64,000 bases of DNA, from assembly GCF_009914755.1 (NCBI RefSeq), contig NC_060944.1. The stretch is one strand, 5' to 3'. Origin of the DNA: the human T2T-CHM13v2.0 reference genome, Homo sapiens. This document shows, in pieces, positions 55,481 through 64,000 of this stretch (position 1 is the first letter of the stretch; each line of letters starts with the position of its first letter). A program made the position numbers and the translations under genes. The notes beneath the pieces were generated by a model. It was not told where the DNA came from and did no database searches. It was given only the letters and a program-made list of their open reading frames with translations.

Positions 55481-55700
55481 GTCGGGTCATCCACCTGCAC
55501 TGGGTGCCCCCAAGGATAGGAAGGTTCAGGCAACCGGCTGCCGCTGTCTTGGGGGCTTCATTGCTGGGCAAAGGCGATGCAGCAGACGGAGACAACCTTT
55601 CTTCCCTGGCGGTGGCCAGAGGGCAGAATTGCATAAAAGCTGCAGACTCCCAGGCCTGGGAGACCCTTTCGGCCTCAGTAACATCTGTTTCATGTTTTAA

Positions 55701-57333
<1,633 letters not shown>

Positions 57334-57369
57334 CTACGAGATTATTACTTATTATTACTACTTTGGATT

Positions 57370-57800
57370 TTCAAATCAACTTCATTAAGGTATAATTTAC
57401 ACACAATAAAATGCACTTATTTTAAGTGGCCAGTAAGATGAGTTTCGATAAGTGTATATAACTACATAAGCATCACTATAATGCAGACACATTCCCTCAC
57501 TCACAGAAAGAGCCCTGTGCCCTTCCAGCCAAACTTCCCCACTCCCAACCCCAGACAGCCACTGATCTGTTGTTCTCTGTCTATAGATAAGTTTTGCCTG
57601 TTCTAGAATTTCATATAAATGGAATCATGCGGCATGCACTCTTCTGTGTCTGGCTTCCTTCCCTCTTTCCGATGTTTTTGAGATTCATTTACACTATTTT
57701 GCATATCAATAGTTTGTTCCTTCGTATTGCTGAATAGTGTTCGGTGGTTTGAGGGAACCACAGTTTCTCTACTCACCAGTGCACCATAGGGTTATTTTCC
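57370..57800 (-). mobile_element. L1M 3' relic
   Basis: TTTTGCCTGTTCTAGAATTTCATATAAATGGAATCATG. Confidence 0.75.
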
Positions 57801-58010
57801 AGTTAGGGGCTCTTATAATTGGAACTATATTTGCACAGAGAGAGAGAGAGGAAGAAAGAGGGAGAGAGATATTTATTATAGCAATTGGCTCACGTGATTA
57901 TGGAGGCCAAAAAGTTCCCGAATCTGCCATCTGCAAGCTGGAGAACGAGGAAAGCCAGTGGTGTGATTCAGTTTGAGTTCAAAGGCCTGAGAACCAGGAG
58001 CACCAGTATG
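57800..58010. mobile_element. MLT2 LTR fragment
   Basis: (GA)n ATATTTATTATAGCAATTGGCTCACGTGATTATGGAGGC...CTGCAAGCTGGAGA. Confidence 0.7.
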
Positions 58011-59864
58011 GAGGTGGCTCGAGCTCAGAACAAGTTGGGGACAGGAAAGCAGAGCAGCGCCCCAGAGCAGCCCCTCAGCGACACCTCTTCAGTAAAGCAA
58101 GGCTGAACACAGAGGGGCTGGCTTCAGTGTGGATGTCAGGTACAGAAGGCAGCTCGAGGAGCTACTCTGGCGTTCTTGCTTACTGGTATTCTTACCTCGA
58201 ACTGGCCAACTCCTACTTAAACTGCAGGCCATGGCTTTAATGTCCTGTCATTCAGAGGCTGTCCCTTACCCAAAGCCAGGTTAGCATCCCCTGACTGACA
58301 CTTCTCCCTGCAACACGTTTCAGAAGGCCCTGTAGTCGTCCACTTCCCTGTCTCTCTCCCCAAGCTCCTGAGCTCCATGTGGTCTGGGAATATGTGTGTT
58401 GCTCACTTCCTAGCACAGTCAGTGCTAATAACTGACTGTAGAGGGGACACAGTCGAAAAGCCACATGGGGATCAGAGTCATCCTTACACAGTTGACACCT
58501 CCCAAACCCAGATGAGCTGTGTCCAAGTGCAGGTCAGAGGAATTTTCTGCCGAAGTCTCTGAGAAAGGGTTTATTTACATTTTGAGGTTGCAGGGGAGGA
58601 GATGAGGCCATCAAACCAAAGCTGAGGAAGAGGGATCCTAGGATGCACCTAGCAGCTCCGGGGGCGCCTGACAGCACCTGGGAAAGATGGCTTCTCCACT
58701 GGCTTGTTGGCGTCACCCTCCAGAGGGGCATCAGGAAATGTCCTGGGAACCAGGCAAACCAGTGAGCATTAACCCTTAGGAGTGCTTGGCATGGGTGACA
58801 CCCACCATCTGTAAACACGACTTCTCCCAAGGAGTGACGCAGAACAGGATGTCTGAGGGAGGCACTCCGACTCCAGCCTTCAGAGATCGCCAGGGTGGCA
58901 CCTGGTGACGACAGGCTGATGCTTGGGTGCCCCGGAAAAAGTCATGTGTGTGAATGGGGGCCCCAAAGCCAACGCTTCATCCCTGACAGCCTGGTGCATT
59001 TAGAGGGGAACTTTTTGTCCCTTGGCAAGGTGGGTGGAATTTCAGGTTCATAGGGCAAGGGTATTTTAGCTTTAATAGATATTGTCAAACAGTTTTCCAA
59101 AGTCATTGTACACACTCTGTGATTCTACTTAAGTAAAGTTTAAAAACAGGCAAATCAAATCTATGGTGTTCGAAGTCAAGACAGTAGTTACCCTTGTGGG
59201 GGCTGCAACTGGTACAGAGTGTAAGGGGGGACTGTAGGATGGTCTATTTCTTGATCTGGGTGTGTTCGCTTTTGGAAAAGTCCTTGAGTTGCATTTATAA
59301 TGTGTGAACTTTTCTGTATGTTACACTTTAATTGAATGTACAAAAAGTCTCAGGAGGCCTCAGACCACTGGAAGCGGACACAACTAACCCCTCTGAGAGC
59401 CTCCAATCCAAGATGGACATATGTCCCCTTGGAAGTATGCAGAAGCAGGTGAAGACTCCTAAGCCGGATATTCCCAAATCCCCCCAGTAGCCGCAGCTTC
59501 AGCAGCTGCTTATGGTCCTCCCTACACCCTCTCTTCCCCAGACAGCCCCCAAACATCTGGCTGCATTTGACTTGCTCTCTCCCTGTCCCACCTCTGGATT
59601 TAGTCCATGTTCTCCACCCTCCCCACTGTCAGCAATGTAGACAAGACAAACGCTTAGTTCACGTGCCCACCTACTGCGTGCCATGCACGGGGCTGGTCAT
59701 TGTGGGTGGCAAATGTGAGCAACACACGAAGCCTCAAGGAGCAGAAAGGGACACAAATCACTTCAGCGTAAGGTAATTTGTGATAAATGTCATGTAACTT
59801 GCAGCCCCTGGCCCCCTCCTACAGATGGTGTCTAAGAATAAACCCCACTAACATGTGACTCCTC

Positions 59865-60240
59865 TGTTCTAGCCCAGCTGTTTGGGTTGCAAGAAAGAGA
59901 CTCACTCCAGTTGCGTCATAGGATGGAGTTTTATTGGGAGGACATTCTGGACGGGCTCCCAGCAAGAGTCTGGCAATGGAGCATGAAAATGAATGAGCCT
60001 GGAATGAGGGAGGGTGCGGCCTCGGCTACACAAAGTTCACCCGGCCCCCAACTGCCTCCCAGCGTGTTAGCTCCTGTGGCAACTCCCCACTTCTCTCTCT
60101 GTTTTTCAACCCAAATCCTAGAGCAGAGGGCTCTTCGCTCCTCACACCATCTCCACCAGGCTGCAGGGGGAGTCACTAGCCCACTCAAGAGCTCTCTCCT
60201 GTTGGTCCCTGATTCGCAGGGGCACGTCATTCCTTCTTGG
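59865..60240 (-). mobile_element. Old MLT1-type LTR relic at SIGLEC1 3' end
   Basis: Plus-strand TTTGGGTTGCAAGAAAGAGACTCACTCCAGTTG...TTTTATTGG resembles the reverse complement of an MLT1 3' end. Confidence 0.5.
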
Positions 60241-61501
60241 TAACTCATTCTCTTTAACAGCCCGACACAGGGTCTCCAGGAAAAGGACAGGAGCTCACAC
60301 AGTCATGAACAGAGATGCATCTGGAGCAGGAATAAGGATGCTGACAACATCTGTGTCTGCCCTCCACTCTTGTAAGTGCCAGTAAGGTAGTACCCAGTCC
60401 CTGGGGGTAGGGGGGGTGGTGGTGGGAATGAGGGCATCTCTTCTTTCAGGGGCCAAATCTGGCACAAGGATGTCTGCTTAGGCAACTCCACTGCCTGGCA
60501 TGCTCTCTCCCTAGGAAAACACCAAACCTTTTTTATTTCCTCAGTCTTAGTGTGAGAGTGATCACCTCTTCCAGGAAGCCCACAACCAGAATGGCCAGGG
60601 GCACACCCTGGCCCTCAGTAGATGGGCACTGAGACAAAACATGGCCTGCTGGTGGCATTCCCAACAATGTCAAAAGTCTCAGGGATGAGCTCACAGTTGG
60701 GAGTCCTTTGGAAGTCCAATTCCAAATGTCCTCTGGACTCAAAATAAAAACTACATTTCCCAGTCTCCCTTGTAGCTTGCAGTAGCCATGTGACAATACT
60801 CCAGCCAATGGGAAGTGAGTGGAAAAGTCCTGTGCAGCTTCTGAGTTGCGTCCACCATGGGCATGGGTGTGCTTCTACCTCCACTCTTCCTTCTTCTGGC
60901 TGGAGGGCATGTGGACAAAGCGGGGCCATGGTGAGCCTCACAATCAAAGGCATCATTTTAGGGATAGAGAAAAGGAAGATAGAAGGATCCTGAGCCCCAA
61001 CATCATAAACCATCGTAACAGCCAGACTAGCGTGGGAGAGAAAAATAAAATTCTATCATGTTGAAGTCACTGTATTTGGTCTCTTGTTAGAGCAGGCTGA
61101 CTGATACTCTGTTGAATACAGAATGCCTTGGTGAGCCTCTGAGGATGCAGGATGCTGCAATCCAACCAAAGTCCAGGGTGACTTTCGAGGAGAAGGATGT
61201 GAAAGGGCAGGGCTTCCTTTGAGGGAGAAATGGAGAGAAGGGAGGAGATCCAGAGAAGAGAGAGCGAGATCAGCTCAGTGCTCTTCAGTGTCCTCCAGGG
61301 TCAACACCCTCCTGGGCAGACCTCTCACCACCCATTTTTGGGGGGGCAAGAGGCTTGGGGCCAGGTCATAAAAAGTCAGATGTCACAGAGCTGTTTTCGT
61401 AGAGGCGGGCAGGACTCAACACTGCCTCATTCACATTCATAGGCTGGAGTCATCACAGATTCTGGCCACTTTCTCCTCCGGAGGGCAGGCAACACCACTG
61501 G
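59905..61501 (-). other. SIGLEC1: SIGLEC1 3' UTR; AATAAA at 59935-59930 (second candidate 60537-60532)
   Basis: Plus-strand TTTATT sites downstream of the stop codon. Confidence 0.7.
60720..61120 (+). mobile_element. MLT1 LTR in SIGLEC1 3' UTR (antisense)
   Basis: ACTACATTTCCCAGTCTCCCTTGTAGCT...GAGAAAAATAAAATTCTATC.TGTT.AAG.CACTGTATTT. Confidence 0.7.
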
Positions 61502-63206
61502 TCAGCCCAGGGGTGGGGCACAGGTTGAGGTCTCACATGTGGCTGCATCAGGATCAATGAGCTTCCCACAGAGAAAACCCTGGTCACAGGAGGCCTCTGG
61601 GAGCCAGGGCAGGCCCCCAGGCCCCCAGCCTCAGGTGGGGTCCCAAGAGGATTGGTGGGAGTGTGCATGGCTGGAAGTGTGACTTGGAGCCCTGGCCTAC
61701 CAGGTGAATCAGCTGCAGAAGGGACACACCACAGGGGAGGAGAAACTGACTTTCACTTCTGCCCAGGTGACGGGCAGGCTTGGGAGTGGGGAAGAGGCCT
61801 CAGAACAAAGGTGGGGGAGTCAGAACATACGTGTCTTGGAAATGGAGGGGATGCTGCCAAGTCCAGAAAGTCTCCCCTAGTCCTCTAAGCCAGCCGCCAG
61901 CTGACACAGGGATTCCCTCTGCCCCGAGCAGAACAGGGCTCTCCTATCTCCTGAGGGGCTCCTGGTTCCCTGCACACTCTCCCCAACCTCCCCTTGGTCC
62001 CAGGCACCATCCTCTAAATGACAGCAGTCTCCAGATGCCAGTTGGCACTGTGGGTTAGCTGGGTATTATATCTGCCCGTGTGTGTTGAATGGATACCTGC
62101 GTGGTCTCTTTCTGAAAAGCCATCTCCACCGAATTCTCGCCCATGCTCTGCTTACAAACACGCCTCCTTCTGCAAGGCCCGGAGTGGACTCAGAGAGCCT
62201 CTCCCCTCCCCACCTCCTGCCCCCATTCCTCTCCCGCTCCCCACAGGCTGGCTCCAGACCACAAGAGCGTGGGAACCTCATGGAGAGTGGGTGCTTCCTC
62301 TGTCTTCCTCCCTAGCCCTTGCTTTAGCACAGCCAGGGCAGAGAGGAGGAAAGAAGGAAACTACAGCAAGGAGGATTTAGGGACAATTCTAGAAGGGATT
62401 TCCAATTTGGAGGGGCAGTCTGGGAAGTAGGCAGCCTGTGAACTTAATAGGAGGTCCTAAAGGACCTGGGGGAATTTGGGGAGAAGACGAGGTGGGCTGC
62501 CTTACCCCAATCTTCTGGCCCACTCCCAGCTCCAGACCCACCTCCAGGTGTAGCAGGCCCCCAGGCCCAACAGCAGGAGCAGGAGGCCCACCAGCAGTCC
62601 CAGGACCCAGAGCAGCTGCTGGAACTGATGCAGGCGGTGCAGGGCTGGAACACAGAGCGGGACTCAGAGCAGCCACAGCTGCAGGCCCCCAGTGCTTCCT
62701 TCCAAGGGGACCCACCCAAGATGACACCTTCTAACTTTTGCTTTATCGCTGAAGCTCTCCACACAAGGGTGCCCCGAGCAATCAGTTTAGAGTCGACAGG
62801 CAAATCATGCTGCAGCAGGAGGGATACAGGGAAGGAAGCCTTTGGGCCTAAGAGCTGGGCTTTTGTGCAGAGTGGCCTGGGAGATGGAGCCCCCTCCCCT
62901 CACCTCTGACCCCAAAGTAGGTGGAGGTAGAGGCAGAGCCCAGGACATTTGAGGCAGAACAGATGTATTCCCCTTGGTCGCTGGGCCTCAGCGCCTCGAT
63001 GTCCACCCTCAGGGCATTGGGGGAAGCCAGGACATGGATGTGTGGCTCTGCAGGAGCACCCTGGGGCTGACTGGAGGCCACCAGTCGACTGCCAAGGTGG
63101 AGAGTCAGGCTGGCGAGCGGCTCGCTGTCCACTCGGCAATCCAGGATGCCCCGGAGGCCACCCTCAGGCTCCACGAAGACCATCATGGTGGGCGTCTTGG
63201 GAGGGT
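61502..63206 (-). CDS. SIGLEC1: Sialoadhesin/CD169, last four coding exons (63206-62904, 62644-62542, 62169-62097, 61561-61502); gene continues beyond the window end
   Basis: Last Ig domain [29 protein letters not shown]...[27 protein letters not shown] exon [33 protein letters not shown], tail [44 protein letters not shown]. Confidence 0.96.
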
Positions 63207-63261
63207 CTGTGGGGAGGAAGGGAGTGTGGTGATTGCAGACAATGACCACAAATTTCTCCCT

Positions 63262-63657
63262 CCCTGTACCCATGCACAGTGACTTTGCTGCTCCTCCCAT
63301 TAAGAGGCAGAACCTATTTCCTCACTCCTTGAATCTGTGACTCAGTTTGACCAATTGAAGAAAGAAGTGATGTTGTGCAACTTCAGAGCCAGACCTCAAG
63401 AGGCCTTGTAGCTTCTGCTCTACTTGTTGGAACACAACAATGTGGGAAGCCCAGGCCAGCCTGCTGGGCACATGTGGCCCAACTGGCAGCCAGGAGCGTG
63501 CAGTCATCTGAGACCACTGGGCAACTGCAGCCACATGAGGTGTGAACAACAGAAGAACTCCCCAGCTGAGCCCAGCCCACAGAATTGAGCAGATAACATG
63601 ACTTTTGTTTGAAGCAGTAAGTTTTGTTGTGGTCAATAGCAATAGCTGACTGATACA
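63262..63657 (+). mobile_element. MLT1 LTR in SIGLEC1 intron
   Basis: GTGACTTTGCTGCTCCTCCCATTAAGAGG...CCCAGCTGAGCCCAGCCCA...AGCAATAGCTGACTGATACA. Confidence 0.75.
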
Positions 63658-63736
63658 GTGTAGGCCTTGGTGAAGGCTGGAGTGGGAGACCAAGACTGAT
63701 GAGGGCTTATCGTGTGCCAGACACACTCAGCACGCT

Positions 63737-64000
63737 TTATTTCTTTTGGTTTTTTCTCTTCTTTTCTTTTCTTTTTTTTTTTTTTTTCTTGAGACAGAGT
63801 CTCAGTCTGTCACCCAGGCTGGAGTGCGTTGTGGTGATCTTGGCTCACTGCAACCTCCACCTCCCAGGCTCAAGTGAGTCTCCTGCCTCAGCCTCCTGAA
63901 TAGCTGGGATTACAGGTGTGTGCCTTCATGCCGTGCTAATTCTTGTATTTTTAGTAGAGACGGAGTTTCGCCATATTGACCAGGCTAGTCTTGAACTCCT
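63737..64000 (-). mobile_element. Alu, truncated by the window end
   Basis: Alu right arm and part of the left arm. Confidence 0.9.

Overview
Primate (human-like) genomic DNA, recognisable from the encoded proteins as the chr20p13 segment ATRN (3' end, + strand) - GFRA4 (complete, -) - ADAM33 (complete, -) - SIGLEC1 (3' end, -). I reconstructed the coding exons by hand from GT/AG boundaries and phases. ATRN contributes its last 4 coding exons plus a ~4.3 kb 3' UTR; GFRA4 has 6 exons (269 aa); ADAM33 has 22 exons (813 aa); SIGLEC1 contributes its last 4 coding exons. The rest is mostly Alu, L1, L2, MIR, MaLR/ERV LTRs and DNA transposon relics. Repeat boundaries are approximate and subfamily names come from recalled consensus sequences. 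I found no evidence of a wholly new multi-gene system. The best leads are: (1) an alternative ADAM33 reading frame that stays open across exons 19-22, bypasses the transmembrane helix and should escape NMD; (2) a MER41A-type solo LTR carrying a perfect ETS+CArG serum-response-like element between ADAM33 and GFRA4; (3) a ~270 bp locally templated copy pasted into an Alu; (4) a two-switch frame logic in GFRA4 splicing; (5) transposon-donated poly(A) signals for ADAM33 and SIGLEC1.
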